This document shows positions 30,560 to 41,900 of a stretch of DNA of 64,000 nt, piece by piece. Under the pieces are notes generated by a model. The model was not told where the DNA came from and made no database searches. It worked only from the letters and a program-made list of their open reading frames with translations. Each line of letters begins with the position of its first letter. Position 1 is the stretch's first letter. The position numbers were made by a program, and so were the translations under genes. This DNA is from a candidate division WOR-3 bacterium (GTDB lineage Bacteria; Hydrothermota; Tepidihabitantia; Tepidihabitantales; Tepidihabitantaceae), in contig CBFGJV010000007.1 of the NCBI GenBank assembly GCA_965649205.1, positions 33,966-97,965 on the forward strand, given 5' to 3'.

Positions 30560-31326
30560 ATCTGACGGTTTTAGCGGTGGATGGTACCACTAAAGGGACA
30601 GTAGAGGTGCCAGATTCACTGTTTGGTCTTAAGCCTGAGAGGGGGCTTCTGTGGGAGACCGTACACGCTTACCTCTCTAATCAGCGTCAGGGTAATGCTT
30701 GTACCAAGACTAGAAGTACTGTTTCTGGCACCGGGAAAAAGCCTTATCGCCAAAAGCATACAGGGCGGGCACGACATGGCTCACGACGTTCTCCTATTTT
30801 TGTAGGTGGCGCCATCGCCTGGGGGCCGAAACCGCGTGAGTACTCCTTGTCTTTACCCAAGCACAAGAAGCGGTTAGCACTGCTGTCTGCTCTTTCAGCA
30901 CAGAGGGAGGAAGGCAGGATTGTTGTTGTAGAAGATTTTGAACTAAGCCAGCCCAAAACCAAGGAGCTGGTGAGCTTGCTTGCCGCAATGGGTATTTCAG
31001 ACAGGATGCAGGTAGCCACAATAACTCAGCCAGAGTCAGAACAGCAGCCGGTAGTTGAAGAGAGTTCGGTGCAACCTGGAGGCGAAGAAAAATTGACGGA
31101 AAGTGGAAAAGGTAAACTCAAGATGGAGCGGCAGCGTATTCTCCTACTGGTACCAGAGGCCAATCAGAATCTGGTAAGAGCTAGTCGTAACATTTCTTGG
31201 TTGACGGTGATGCCGGCTTCGCTTCTGAACACCTACGCTGTGCTTGCGCACAATCGGGTGATTTTTACAAGAAGCGCTCTGGAGCGGTTTATTTCTGTTC
31301 ATGGTAAGGAAGGACAGGCAGAATGA
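30556..31326 (+). CDS. rplD: 50S ribosomal protein uL4 (with internal insertion)
   Basis: RQGNACTKTRS, KPYRQKHTGRARHGS, GPKPR. Confidence 0.97.
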   Translation: MNLTVLAVDGTTKGTVEVPDSLFGLKPERGLLWETVHAYLSNQRQGNACTKTRSTVSGTGKKPYRQKHTGRARHGSRRSPIFVGGAIAWGPKPREYSLSLPKHKKRLALLSALSAQREEGRIVVVEDFELSQPKTKELVSLLAAMGISDRMQVATITQPESEQQPVVEESSVQPGGEEKLTESGKGKLKMERQRILLLVPEANQNLVRASRNISWLTVMPASLLNTYAVLAHNRVIFTRSALERFISVHGKEGQAE

Positions 31327-31610
31327 AGGACCCGGACACTATTATCCTTGGCGCCTTGGTAACGGAAAAGGCTGAGCGGCTCAAGGCCGGACATAATAAA
31401 TATACTTTTCGAGTCAATCCCAAGGCGAACAAAATTGAGATACGGCGTGCGGTTGAGCGGTTGTTCAAGGTACACGTGCAAGACGTTAAGGTGATGAATT
31501 TTCTGGGCAAACGCCGACGGATGGGGATGTTTTCCGGACGCAAACCGGATTGGAAGAAGGCAGTTGTTACCATAAAAGAAGGCGAAACAATACAGGCTCT
31601 GGAGCGGTGA
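31323..31610 (+). CDS. rplW: 50S ribosomal protein uL23
   Basis: TEKA, ANKIEIRRAVE, WKKAVV. Confidence 0.97.
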   Translation: MKDPDTIILGALVTEKAERLKAGHNKYTFRVNPKANKIEIRRAVERLFKVHVQDVKVMNFLGKRRRMGMFSGRKPDWKKAVVTIKEGETIQALER

Positions 31611-32437
31611 TGGCACTGAAACAGTATCGACCGGTTACTCCGGGACAGAGACATCGCACCGGTTACACTTTTGAGGAGATTACGAGGACGGAACCTTACC
31701 GCCCCCTGCTTACGGTTATGCGTAAAAAGGGGGGTAGGAATAATCTGGGCCGTTTGACGGTAAAATGCCGTGGAGGCGGAGAGAAACGTCACTATCGTTT
31801 GATAGACTTTCAGCGCAGTAAGCGGGGTGTACTGGGGACGATTGTTTCTGTGGAGTACGATCCCAATCGTTCTGCTCGTATAGCCCTAGTTAAGTATGCG
31901 GATGGTGAGCACCGTTACATACTCCACGCTGAGGGGATGCGGGTCGGAGATCAGGTGGCGGCTGGTAGAGAATTGCCCATCAGAGTTGGTTATGCTATGC
32001 CCTTGTCTGATATACCAGCTGGAGTAGAGATCCATAACCTGCAGTTGGAACCTGGGAGCAAGTCCTTTTTGGTACGTTCAGCCGGTACAGCGGCTCAGCT
32101 AATGGCTAAAGAAGATAAGTGGGGGGTGGTGAGACTGCCTTCCGGGGAGATTCGCAAGTTTGATTTGGGTTGCTATGCAACCATAGGTAGGGTATCCAAG
32201 GCCGAACATAAGGATATTTCCATTGGTAAGGCAGGAAGGACCAGACATATGGGGCGTCGGCCTCGAGTCAGGGCAGTCGCCATGAACCCGGTTGACCATC
32301 CCATGGGTGGCGGCGAGGGTAAGAGCTCAGGAGGTAGGCACCCTTGCTCTGAGTCTGGTTTTCCGGCTAAAGGAGCCAAAACACGCAATCGGAAGAAGAA
32401 GTCAACGCGTCTGATTGTGCAGAGGAGAAAGAAGTAA
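31610..32437 (+). CDS. rplB: 50S ribosomal protein uL2
   Basis: [29 protein letters not shown] 31610. Confidence 0.98.
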   Translation: MALKQYRPVTPGQRHRTGYTFEEITRTEPYRPLLTVMRKKGGRNNLGRLTVKCRGGGEKRHYRLIDFQRSKRGVLGTIVSVEYDPNRSARIALVKYADGEHRYILHAEGMRVGDQVAAGRELPIRVGYAMPLSDIPAGVEIHNLQLEPGSKSFLVRSAGTAAQLMAKEDKWGVVRLPSGEIRKFDLGCYATIGRVSKAEHKDISIGKAGRTRHMGRRPRVRAVAMNPVDHPMGGGEGKSSGGRHPCSESGFPAKGAKTRNRKKKSTRLIVQRRKK

Positions 32438-32439
32438 CT

Positions 32440-32733
32440 ATGGGGCGTTCCATTAAAAAAGGACCCTATATTGACGAAAAGCTTTTTCGTCGCATAAAGC
32501 AGATGGCCGAATCGGGAGAGAAACGGACCTTGAAAACCTACGCACGACGCAGTGTTATTCCTCCAGAGTTTGTCGGTTTTACGCTCGCGGTGCATGCTGG
32601 CAACAGGTTTGTTCCGGTGTACATTACTGAGCGTATGGTAGGTCACAAATTAGGTGAATTTGCACCTACGCGCGTTTTCCGTGCTCACTCGGGGCCACGC
32701 AAGAAAGGTGAGGAGCAGGCACAGACCACATGA
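32440..32733 (+). CDS. rpsS: 30S ribosomal protein uS19
   Basis: [20 protein letters not shown]. Confidence 0.98.
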   Translation: MGRSIKKGPYIDEKLFRRIKQMAESGEKRTLKTYARRSVIPPEFVGFTLAVHAGNRFVPVYITERMVGHKLGEFAPTRVFRAHSGPRKKGEEQAQTT

Positions 32734-33116
32734 TAGAAGCAAAAGCAGTATCCAGATTCCAACGAGGTTCAGCGAAGAAGCTCCGACTGGTATGCGAATT
32801 GGTACGCGGAAAGGAAGTTCCTGAGGCAATGCGCATTTTACACTTCTTGGCTAAGCCAACCAAAGCTCCGGTGTTGAAAACACTACGTTCGGCGGTTGCC
32901 AATGCCATTTCTCTGGCCGGTAAGGCTAGGCTGAGCGAAAAGGATTTGGTAATTACCGACATACGAGCAGATCAGGGTCCAATGATGAAACGCTGGCGTC
33001 CTGGTCCCCGCGGAATGGCTTCCATCATACGTAAGCGTACTGTGCATGTGACGGTGAAAGTTTCGGCAAAAGAGCAGACTAAAGAACAGCCCCGGAGATC
33101 AAAAGGTAAGGACTAG
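32730..33116 (+). CDS. rplV: 50S ribosomal protein uL22
   Basis: [26 protein letters not shown]. Confidence 0.96.
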   Translation: MIEAKAVSRFQRGSAKKLRLVCELVRGKEVPEAMRILHFLAKPTKAPVLKTLRSAVANAISLAGKARLSEKDLVITDIRADQGPMMKRWRPGPRGMASIIRKRTVHVTVKVSAKEQTKEQPRRSKGKD

Positions 33117-33117
33117 T

Positions 33118-33756
33118 ATGGGACAAAAGACGCATCCTTTGGGCTTCCGTTTGGGTATAACCAAAGGTTGGAAGTCAGCGTGGTTCGATAAGAAGAATTA
33201 TCTGACTTATCTGCATGAGGACCTGCAGATCAGGCAGTACATAGAGGCCAAACTGCCGGAGGCCATGATCTCCAATATAGAAATCAGACGGGTGGCCAAT
33301 CGTACCACCGTTACTATTTTTACGGCTAGACCCGGCATGGTTTTTGGTGCTCGACGGCAGAACCTGGAACTATTGCGAGAAGAGATAAAGAGATTGGTGG
33401 GCAGAGATGTGCAATTACTTGTAGAGGTGGTGCGGGTGCCTGAGTTGGAGGCAAAACTTGTGGCCCAGAGTATAGCTAGGCAGTTGGAGCAACGTGTGGC
33501 TCATCGCCGAGCGATGAAGAGAGCTGTCACTCAGGCACTCAGGCTTGGGGCACTCGGTATTAAGGTGATGGTAGCAGGTCGTCTGGGTGGGCGGGAAATA
33601 GCGCGTAGTGAGTGGTATCGCGAAGGTCGAGTCCCTTTGCATACACTGAAGGCAGATATTGACTACGCAGTGGATGTAGCAAAGACTATTGCGGGTACTG
33701 TGGGAGTAAAGGTTTGGATTTATAAAGGCGATATAGCTCTAGAACAGAAGGCGTAG
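33118..33756 (+). CDS. rpsC: 30S ribosomal protein uS3
   Basis: [26 protein letters not shown]. Confidence 0.98.
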   Translation: MGQKTHPLGFRLGITKGWKSAWFDKKNYLTYLHEDLQIRQYIEAKLPEAMISNIEIRRVANRTTVTIFTARPGMVFGARRQNLELLREEIKRLVGRDVQLLVEVVRVPELEAKLVAQSIARQLEQRVAHRRAMKRAVTQALRLGALGIKVMVAGRLGGREIARSEWYREGRVPLHTLKADIDYAVDVAKTIAGTVGVKVWIYKGDIALEQKA

Positions 33757-33760
33757 TATT

Positions 33761-34189
33761 ATGTTGATGCCCAAACGCGTAAAGTATCGCAAGGCGCAAA
33801 GAGGCCGGAGGAGCGGCAAGGCTACTGCGGCTAATCGGGTGGATTTTGGCGAGTTCGGATTGATGGCCTTGGAGCCGGCCTGGATAACTGCCAAGCAGAT
33901 TGAAGCGGCCAGGTTGTGCTTGTCCAAGGTACTCAAACGGGCCGGAAAGTTGTGGATAAGGATTTTTCCGGACAAACCGGTTACCAAGAAAGCAGCTGAG
34001 TCTCGTATGGGTAAAGGCAAGGGTACGCCCGAGTTCTATGTGGCCGTAGTTAAACCAGGAACTGTCATGTTCGAGTTAGGTGGGCTTTCAGAGGCGGAGG
34101 CTCGTGCGGGTCTGGCTCTGGCTGCAAGCAAGATGCCATGTCGTACGCGTTTTGTGATGCGACAGGAGATGAGTTATGAAGGCTTCTGA
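33761..34189 (+). CDS. rplP: 50S ribosomal protein uL16
   Basis: [18 protein letters not shown]. Confidence 0.98.
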   Translation: MLMPKRVKYRKAQRGRRSGKATAANRVDFGEFGLMALEPAWITAKQIEAARLCLSKVLKRAGKLWIRIFPDKPVTKKAAESRMGKGKGTPEFYVAVVKPGTVMFELGGLSEAEARAGLALAASKMPCRTRFVMRQEMSYEGF

Positions 34190-34394
34190 GTTGCGCGAGC
34201 TTAGTACAGAAGAATTGGCCCGGCGTTTAGCAGAGTTGCGGGATGAATTGTTCAAGTTAAGATTGCGCCGGGCCAGTGAACCTTTGCCTAATCCACTGCG
34301 GTTGCGGATGTTGCGTCGCGATATTGCACGTTGTCTAGGCATTATGCGGGAGCGGCAGGTGTCTGAGAAACCAGCGGTGAGGAATGATGGATAG
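34176..34394 (+). CDS. rpmC: 50S ribosomal protein uL29
   Basis: [16 protein letters not shown]. Confidence 0.95.
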   Translation: MKASELRELSTEELARRLAELRDELFKLRLRRASEPLPNPLRLRMLRRDIARCLGIMRERQVSEKPAVRNDG

Positions 34395-34626
34395 GAAGCG
34401 CAGGACGGTGATAGGTACGGTGGTTTCTACGGCAATGCAGAAAACCGCGGTGGTTTTGGTAAACCGGCTGGAACTGCATCCAAAGTACAAAAAGTACGTG
34501 CGTCGGCGAACCAAGCTTTACGCACACGACGAAAACGATGAATGTCAGGTAGGTGACCAGGTGTTGCTAATGGAGACGAGACCGCTGTCCAAATTGAAAC
34601 GCTGGCGGGTGGTGAAGAAGATATGA
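34384..34626 (+). CDS. rpsQ: 30S ribosomal protein uS17
   Basis: [21 protein letters not shown]. Confidence 0.97.
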   Translation: MMDRKRRTVIGTVVSTAMQKTAVVLVNRLELHPKYKKYVRRRTKLYAHDENDECQVGDQVLLMETRPLSKLKRWRVVKKI

Positions 34627-34991
34627 TTCAAGAATACAGTCGTTTGGTGGTTGCAGATAATACCGGAGCACGCATAGCGATGGTGATTCATGTTTACGGC
34701 GGCTCCAAACGCAAATTTGGATATCTGGGTGATACGGTATTCGTGACGATAAAAGATGCCATACCATCGGGGCCGATAAAGAAAGGTGACAAGGCAAAGG
34801 CGGTTATCGTCAGAACAAGAAAAGAGAGTAGAAGACCGGATGGAAGCTATGTGCGTTTTGACGATAATGCCTGTGTGTTGATTGATGACAAAGGGGAGCC
34901 GCGGGGCACAAGAGTATTCGGGCCGGTAGCGCGTGAGCTGCGTGAACGGAGGTTTACGAAGATTGTATCACTAGCCGCGGAGGTGGTGTAG
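34623..34991 (+). CDS. rplN: 50S ribosomal protein uL14
   Basis: [25 protein letters not shown]. Confidence 0.98.
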   Translation: MIQEYSRLVVADNTGARIAMVIHVYGGSKRKFGYLGDTVFVTIKDAIPSGPIKKGDKAKAVIVRTRKESRRPDGSYVRFDDNACVLIDDKGEPRGTRVFGPVARELRERRFTKIVSLAAEVV

Positions 34992-35314
34992 TGAATCTAC
35001 GGAAGGGCGATCTAGTCGAAGTTATAGCTGGCGACGAACGTGGACGCCGCGGCAAGATTCTCCGTTTGGAAGCCGACAGGAAAACGGGACGGGTGAGGGC
35101 AATTGTGGATGGTCTTAACTTGGCTAAAAAACATCAACGTCCTCAGGGGGCTACCAAGCCTGGCGGAATTATGGACCTGCCCAGTCCTATAGATATTTCT
35201 AATCTTGTGCTTTTGTGTCCGAAGTGCGGTAAGAAGGCTAAAGTTAGGCGGGAGCCGCACGAAGGTAGGCGGGTGCGGGTCTGCCGCGAATGTGACGAGA
35301 TAATTGACGCATGA
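34991..35314 (+). CDS. rplX: 50S ribosomal protein uL24 (CxxC...CxxC)
   Basis: [13 protein letters not shown] motif, PIDISN. Confidence 0.96.
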   Translation: MNLRKGDLVEVIAGDERGRRGKILRLEADRKTGRVRAIVDGLNLAKKHQRPQGATKPGGIMDLPSPIDISNLVLLCPKCGKKAKVRREPHEGRRVRVCRECDEIIDA

Positions 35315-35856
35315 TACCACGATTGAAAGAACAGTATTTGAAAAAGATAGTGCCTGCATTGATAAAGGAATTCGGGTACAAGAACAGGCATCAGGTACCA
35401 AGACTACTAAAGGTGGTAGTGAATGTAACTACCAAGGATGCGGTTGCCGATCCAAAGGTGTTGGACATTATCGCTGAGGACTTGGCTAAGATTACAGGAC
35501 AGAAGCCGGCACGTACTCAAGCTAAGCGCGCTATCTCTGCGTTTAAAATACGCAAGGGCATGCCATTGGGATTGCGTGTGACTTTGCGCGGTGATCGTAT
35601 GTATGAGTTTATAGATCGATTCTTCAATTTTGCCGCGCCTCAAATCCGAGATTTCCAGGGGTTTTCACCCGATTCGTTCGATGGTCGCGGCGGGTACTCT
35701 TTGGGTTTGTCTGAGCAGTTGATTTTCCCCGAAATTGAGGCGGCAAAAGTGAAAAAGGTAACCGGGATGAACATAACTTTTCAAACCAACGCCCGGCATG
35801 ATGACGAAGCTAGGGCACTGCTGGCTGCACTTGGCTTGCCCTTCAGGAGGAAGTAG
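35311..35856 (+). CDS. rplE: 50S ribosomal protein uL5
   Basis: [22 protein letters not shown]. Confidence 0.98.
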   Translation: MIPRLKEQYLKKIVPALIKEFGYKNRHQVPRLLKVVVNVTTKDAVADPKVLDIIAEDLAKITGQKPARTQAKRAISAFKIRKGMPLGLRVTLRGDRMYEFIDRFFNFAAPQIRDFQGFSPDSFDGRGGYSLGLSEQLIFPEIEAAKVKKVTGMNITFQTNARHDDEARALLAALGLPFRRK

Positions 35857-35859
35857 AGA

Positions 35860-36045
35860 ATGGCTAGACTCTGTCTTATTGTAAAATTCAAGCGCACACC
35901 TAAGTTTAAGGTGCGTAAGCATAACCGCTGCTTGCGCTGTTTCCGGGCGCGGGCAGTCTATGCTAAGTTTGGTCTATGTCGTCTATGTTTCCGGGAGTTG
36001 GCTCTGAGGGGTGAGATTCCGGGCGTGCGTAAGGCTACTTGGTAG
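35860..36045 (+). CDS. rpsN: 30S ribosomal protein uS14 (zinc-binding, type Z)
   Basis: NRCLRC...[20 protein letters not shown]. Confidence 0.97.
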   Translation: MARLCLIVKFKRTPKFKVRKHNRCLRCFRARAVYAKFGLCRLCFRELALRGEIPGVRKATW

Positions 36046-36056
36046 GAGGAGTTGAG

Positions 36057-36446
36057 TTGGACCCGATTGCCGATTTTTTGACCCGTATTAGAAATGGTAT
36101 TGCCTGCAAGAGCAGGCAGGTGCGTGTACCTTATTCTAAGATGAAGTATGAATTGGCGCGTATTTTGTTGGAAGAAGGTTATATAAGCAATTTCCAGGTG
36201 GAAGGCGAAAAAGTGCACAAGAATCTGGTGATAACCTTGAAGTACACCGAAGACGGCAGTTCGGTAATAAGAGGCTTGGAACGTGTATCTAGGCAGAGTC
36301 GTCGGGTGTATGTTGACGCAAACTCGATTCCTCGTGTTTTGGGCGGGCTGGGGCTGGCCATAGTGACCACTTCTAAGGGCGTGATGACGGGACGCGATGC
36401 GGAACGTGAGCGTGTAGGTGGAGAACTTATTTGTAAGGTGTGGTGA
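36057..36446 (+). CDS. rpsH: 30S ribosomal protein uS8 (TTG start after GGAGG)
   Basis: DPIADFLTRIRN, TSKGVMT, GGELIC. Confidence 0.97.
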   Translation: MDPIADFLTRIRNGIACKSRQVRVPYSKMKYELARILLEEGYISNFQVEGEKVHKNLVITLKYTEDGSSVIRGLERVSRQSRRVYVDANSIPRVLGGLGLAIVTTSKGVMTGRDAERERVGGELICKVW

Positions 36447-36449
36447 GAA

Positions 36450-37019
36450 ATGGCAAAAGCCTATCGGCCGATTGAGGTTATTCCGGGGGTCCAAGTAACG
36501 ATAACAGAGGGAGCGGTTACGGTGAAAGGCAAACTCGGTTCCCTGAGTGTTCCGATCCCTCCCGGTCTTGTGGTCAGTACGGATGGGAAGTATATCACCG
36601 TGGAGCCGGGACCTGACGTTGGCCGGATACTGGTTGGTACGATGCGTTCTCATCTACGCAATGCCATGATAGGTGTGACTAATGGATTTGAGAAAGTGCT
36701 TCAGGTAAGGGGTATGGGCTATCGTGTGCAGAAGACTAAAGAAGGCGTACAGATATTATGTGGTTTTTCCCATCCGGTGGACGTGGCTGCTCCCGAAGGT
36801 ATTACTTTCGAGGTTACCCAGAGTCCTAATCCGGATGATGTCAAGGAGCAGATGTTTGAGATTGCTGTTCGGGGCTTAGACAAACAGAGAGTAGGAGAGG
36901 TTGCTGCGCGAATCCGGGCCATTAAACCTCCTGACCCTTACCGGGGAAAGGGGATTCGCTATCGCGGAGAATACGTTCGTAAGAAAGCCGGCAAGCGAGC
37001 GGTAGTGGCGCAGGCGTAA
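36450..37019 (+). CDS. rplF: 50S ribosomal protein uL6
   Basis: VKGKLG, GFSHPV, PDPYRGKGIRY, RKKAGK. Confidence 0.97.
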   Translation: MAKAYRPIEVIPGVQVTITEGAVTVKGKLGSLSVPIPPGLVVSTDGKYITVEPGPDVGRILVGTMRSHLRNAMIGVTNGFEKVLQVRGMGYRVQKTKEGVQILCGFSHPVDVAAPEGITFEVTQSPNPDDVKEQMFEIAVRGLDKQRVGEVAARIRAIKPPDPYRGKGIRYRGEYVRKKAGKRAVVAQA

Positions 37020-37042
37020 TCTGCTTGAATTGAACGAAGATT

Positions 37043-37075
37043 ACAGTGCGGCGAGATGCCGCACTGTTTGTCTTT
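37043..37075 (+). terminator. Intrinsic terminator after rplF
   Basis: Perfect 10-bp stem ACAGTGCGGC-GAGAT-GCCGCACTGT followed by TTGTCTTT. Confidence 0.75.
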
Positions 37076-37161
37076 GCGGGGTGAAGTGTGCTTCTTCGGG
37101 TTGGGAAGATCTCTATTTTCGCGCTTCCCTGGCAGCGCGTTTGATGCAACCCAATACTGAT

Positions 37162-37191
37162 TTGACAGATCGCAACTGCTACTGCTATTAT
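37162..37191 (+). promoter_or_regulatory. Promoter for tamA-tamB-priA
   Basis: TTGACA-N18-TATTAT with extended TG. Confidence 0.55.
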
Positions 37192-37238
37192 CTGAAGGTG
37201 CTTCTAGCTAGTGGTGCGAGCCGTCGAAGGTTAGGTGG

Positions 37239-38975
37239 ATGATAAGTCTGCTTCATCTCTTGACACTGTTTCTTATCGGAACAGGAACTGCTGATTCAGT
37301 AGAATCGGTGAAGTTTGTGGGCGGGCATGCTTTTTCGGCGCGGGTTCTGGGTTCACAGGTCAGTCTGCGACGTGGACAGATTCTGGAGGAACAAAAGATT
37401 GAAGAGTCTGCACGTAATCTGGAACATTTCTTGCAGGCAAATGGTTTTCGCAGGGCCCGTGTCAGTTGGTACCTGAAACCGGGAAAAAGGCACAACATTG
37501 TAGTGTTTCAGATTAATGAGGGAAGGAGAGCAAGGGTGGGTTCATTGAATATTTTGGGGGTGCAGAGTTTTGACAGTGTACGTCTGGTTAGGCTGTTGCC
37601 GGTTTCGCCTGGGAAATTTTACACATCAGCCGCGCTGGAGCTTTGCGAAGAAGCTGTAAGAACCTTCTACCAAAATTCTGGGTTTCCTTTTGTTGAGGTG
37701 CAGGCCAATTGGAGTTTTGATGTAGAAAACGGTAGACGGGAAGAAGTAAACGACACCCTGGCTCATTTGGTGTTGAAGGTAGCAGAAGGGACGCGCTGCT
37801 ATCTGGGCGATATCAGGGTAAGAGGGCTACGCACAATTCGTCCTGCTACTGTGACTAGGGTTACGGAATTGCGGCCTGGCGAAATGTTCAGTCAACGACG
37901 TTTGCAGGAAGCCAGTCGCAGACTCTATGCCACTCATTTGTTCCAGCGCGTTTTCTATCATGTTCTCTGGCCTGATTCAACAAAGGACACGGTTGCTGTC
38001 CGGTTTGACGTTGTAGAACAGGAATATAGAGCGTTTTCGGTTGGAGCAGGGTTGGAAGCACCCCCGTGGCGAGCAGTGGCGTCTGGCGGGTGGGAGCATA
38101 ATAATATTCTAAACCGGGGCCAGCAGCTTGAAATAGCCGCGGACTTTGGTTTTGATGTCAAGAGAAACTATCGTGCCTCCATAGATTTGCACTACCGTGT
38201 TCCGTATTTGGTCTTGACCAGGGTTGATTTTCAATCCCATCCTTTTTTCTACTGGGAAAAGGTTGATTCATCGTTTTGGCGCGAATACGGTATCGAAAAT
38301 GGTCTTAGTCACAGTCTTTCCAAGTACGTTAACCTGGGGTTGTCTAACCGGTTTCGTCTGGTAGCTGATACCAGTCGGGGCATTACAAACCTGCTGGGAT
38401 TGATTGCCCAGCATGATTCCCGTAACGATATTTTTGAACCGAGGGAGGGTATGTATCTTAGATTTGGAGCAGAGGCGGCGGGGGGAGTGTTACGAGGAGA
38501 CAATGATTTTTACCGCCTGACCGGTGAGCTGAGGAGTTTCTATTTCGTAGGTTGTGTACTTGCTTGTAGGGTTTTCGCCGGCAGGTGTTTCCCCTATGGG
38601 AGAACCCAGCGCATTCCGTATTATGAGGGGTTTACTTTGGGTGGGCGCAACAGCCTACGGGGTTACGCAGATCAATCGCTTGGTCCAGATTCAGGCGTGG
38701 CAGGAAGGTTCGGTCCGGCGGTTTTGAATCACAATTTGGAGTTGCGTCTCGGTTATTTGTGGGGACGGTTGGGTGCGGTTTTGTTTTGGGACGGGGGAAT
38801 GGTAATTGATTGGCCGGTTGGTAAGGATATGCCGACGTATGAACAATCTGCTGGCGCAGGACTCCGGATCCGTACCCCTATTGGTCCTTTGCGGTTGGAC
38901 TGGGGAAGACGTTTGAGAAATGTACCTCCCGAAGATAGAGGTAGATTCTATCTAGGCTTGTTGCATGTTTTTTAG
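37239..38975 (+). CDS. Omp85 family (TamA/BamA-like) protein with about 3 POTRA domains
   Basis: Y..SGFPF POTRA motif, LGGRNSLRGY, TPIGPLRLDWG, terminal F. Confidence 0.88.
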   Translation: MISLLHLLTLFLIGTGTADSVESVKFVGGHAFSARVLGSQVSLRRGQILEEQKIEESARNLEHFLQANGFRRARVSWYLKPGKRHNIVVFQINEGRRARVGSLNILGVQSFDSVRLVRLLPVSPGKFYTSAALELCEEAVRTFYQNSGFPFVEVQANWSFDVENGRREEVNDTLAHLVLKVAEGTRCYLGDIRVRGLRTIRPATVTRVTELRPGEMFSQRRLQEASRRLYATHLFQRVFYHVLWPDSTKDTVAVRFDVVEQEYRAFSVGAGLEAPPWRAVASGGWEHNNILNRGQQLEIAADFGFDVKRNYRASIDLHYRVPYLVLTRVDFQSHPFFYWEKVDSSFWREYGIENGLSHSLSKYVNLGLSNRFRLVADTSRGITNLLGLIAQHDSRNDIFEPREGMYLRFGAEAAGGVLRGDNDFYRLTGELRSFYFVGCVLACRVFAGRCFPYGRTQRIPYYEGFTLGGRNSLRGYADQSLGPDSGVAGRFGPAVLNHNLELRLGYLWGRLGAVLFWDGGMVIDWPVGKDMPTYEQSAGAGLRIRTPIGPLRLDWGRRLRNVPPEDRGRFYLGLLHVF

Positions 38976-38996
38976 TCACGGAGAAAACAGGGTAGA

Positions 38997-41900
38997 ATGA
39001 AGAAACGTCAGGCGGCGCGGGCGGGTGTTGTAATTGCAGGGTTATTAGGAGTAATAGTCCTGGGGGCTGTCTTGCTGAGTTGCTTCCGGCAGCAGATAGC
39101 GCGGTTGGTAGCCGACGCGGCGGTTCACTACGTCGGTCATTTACTCTCGGTAAAGATTACTTACAGACGTTTTTCTGGGAATTTATTGCGTACACCTAGG
39201 TTCGAGGACGTGGGCGTAGTTTTCGGGAAGGATTCCGTTAAAGCAAGTGAGATAACATTTAGCTATGATCCGCTGGGGTTCTTGCGCGGTTCAGTTCCGA
39301 TTTCTGAGGTTGAAATACGAAACCCTACTGTGTTTATACATACGCAGTCAAGAGCCGGGGACAGAGAGCGCACATCTAAAACTGGCTGGAGGATAGGCAG
39401 ATATCCTCGTTGGTATTTGCGTCGATTGCACTTGGACGGCGGAATGTTGTTCATGGACAATGAGCTAAGACTGGAGTCACTGGCCTTGAATGTGCGTGCG
39501 CATTCGAGGGTAGACCTTTTGAAGGCAGAACTTAGAGGAGGACGAGGAAAGTTCGTTAGGGAAAACATCAGTCTGCAGGAAATGCATGCCGATTTGATTA
39601 TGACCGCTGATTCTCTTGTGCTGGAACAGCTGGGTGGGTCTACTTCTGGTTCGAACGTAGTGGGCAGACTGAGTATTAATTTGAGTCGGCAGGAGCTGAC
39701 GGTGGTCCTAGACAGTGTCGTTATTGACTTGGCTGAGTTTGTGTCCATTCCGGGCAGAATTGGGATAAAGGGTTCGGGAACGAAAGGTGCTGTGAGACTT
39801 GAGGCAGAGGGTAATTACGTAATTGAAGGATTAAGGCCTGCTAACGTCTGTCTGCCTAGGATTGCAGGTAAACTCAGTTTGTGCGACAAGGGTATTGTTT
39901 TTGAAGCAGCAGGAGCAGATTCAGAACTGGGTTCCCTTGAGGCTCGGGGTACGTTTGAACTGAAGGAAAGACGCTATTCCGTGGAATTGAAAGTGACAGG
40001 AATGAAGCTAAGTGCGATTAGACCTTCGTTTGCTCCTGTTCGAATGACCTTTGACTTGCAGGCGAGAGGATACGGAGGCGACTCGGTGGCATTTTGGGCT
40101 GGGGCTCAGGTTCCGGAAGTGGGAGTGGAAACTTTACTGGTTTCCGGAAGGTACTTTCGTAATCGGTTTGGGTTGAAGCAGCTTGAACTACGGGGTGGGG
40201 TAGGAAGGCTCACTGTATCTGGTGAGGTGGAGCTGGGTGGGTTAGGAAGTAAAATTTTCTTGTTATCCATACCTGCTTGTTCAGTCAAGGCGGACAGTTT
40301 TGATTTGGGGCTCATAGCAGGATTGTGGTGCATTCCTGTTGCGGGCACACTCCGAGGAATATTGAGTGGGGCAGGTACGGTAGACAGCTTCGCTTTGCAG
40401 GGGAGTATGAGGGCTTCGGGGGTGAAGCTGTTCGGTCTCGGTATCACTTCTGCGCTGGCGGAAGTTGATGTAACTGTAAACAGTGGACTACGTGGTAGAC
40501 TCGTGCTGGGAGCTGAGGGACTCAAAGGAATGGGTATCGAGGCTGATGCGGCGCAATTTGTTTTGCTTGATTCTGATGTGGATTTTCGCATTGACCGACC
40601 AGAGGACAGAGTCCTGGTCGGGGGGAATTTATCGTTGACTAAGAACAGAATCGAATGTGAAGTGCGCAGGCTGGAGTTTGCAACGCGAGAAGAAACGTTG
40701 ACGGCAAACAGGCCATTTGAGTTTTATCTGGATAAGGATTCGGTGTTGGTTCGAGGGGTTAGTCTGCGGGCAGCTGACGGGGAACTGCAGTTTCAAGCTA
40801 CTGTGGGTGCTCGGGTTCGTCGTGTGGAAGCAAAAGGAAGCAACTTCAACCTCCGCAAGTTGCAGAAGTTGTTACACTTGCCAACGGAAGTGTGGGGAAC
40901 GTGTGATTTTGAGGTGTCGGGACAAGATACTTATCATTTGCGAACAGTAGTGAATGACCTAGAGGTTCCTTCAATAGGAATGAGGATGAAGAATCTGACG
41001 GCAGAGCTGGCAGCGAACGATAGCTGGGTAGAAATCAGAGATTTCAGGTTTGTTCATGTGAAAGACACCACCCGCGTTCATGGTAGTTTTTCTTATAACC
41101 CTGCGCATGGTCTAGTTCCTCGCCGTGTGAGCATACAGGCGGACATTGCTGACCCGGGAAGTTGGCCTATGTTTTTTCTCAGGCCAACGTTAGAGTTGGT
41201 GGAAGGCAAGCTGTTCGCCCGGCTCAGCTGGGAAGGAGATGTTTCAGAGCCGAACTTGAAAGGCAGGTTCAGAGTCGTATCAGGAAGATTGAAAGTTCCG
41301 GCGTTGAATCTGGTCTTAGAGCGAACAAATGCGGAATTCTCGGTACAGGGCAAGCGAATAGAGTTGGAGAAGTTGTCTGGTACTACCGGGGCTGGGTTGG
41401 TTACCGCCAGTGGTTTTGTAGACCTAGATGTGGGTTGGCTGGTGGATTCGTTACGGTTCAGGATAAGGCCGGAAGGGACAATAGTGAATCCTTTGCCGGA
41501 AGTATATGCAGTGATAGGAGGCGATATAGCGGTTGTCTGGCAACGGGGTTCTCCTTTGTCTTTGGAGGGTACGTTTGACGTAGCGGAAGCGCTGCTGGCT
41601 ATTGGCTTTGGTCAGTCTGCGATTGCCGGGTCAAGTACAGATTCCGTCATCTACGACCTGCGAATTAGAGCTGAGCGCGGAGTTTGGCTACGAAACCCGA
41701 TGGCGGACATTGAAATGTCTGCCGACCTGTTTTTGCGTAGAACTATGGAACGACAGATGTTCTCCGGTACTTTGAAGTCGCGGCAAGGAAGTATTTATTA
41801 CCTGGACCATACTCTGAGAGTGACTCGTGGTACTATAGGCTTTGAGGGTATAGAACGCCTTGATCCAACATTGGATATTGAGGCTGAGTTGCCGGTGCGT

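Noticed and set aside
37030..37242. 70-aa ORF after rplF as a diverged rplR
   Set aside because: No uL18 similarity; overlaps a terminator and a promoter
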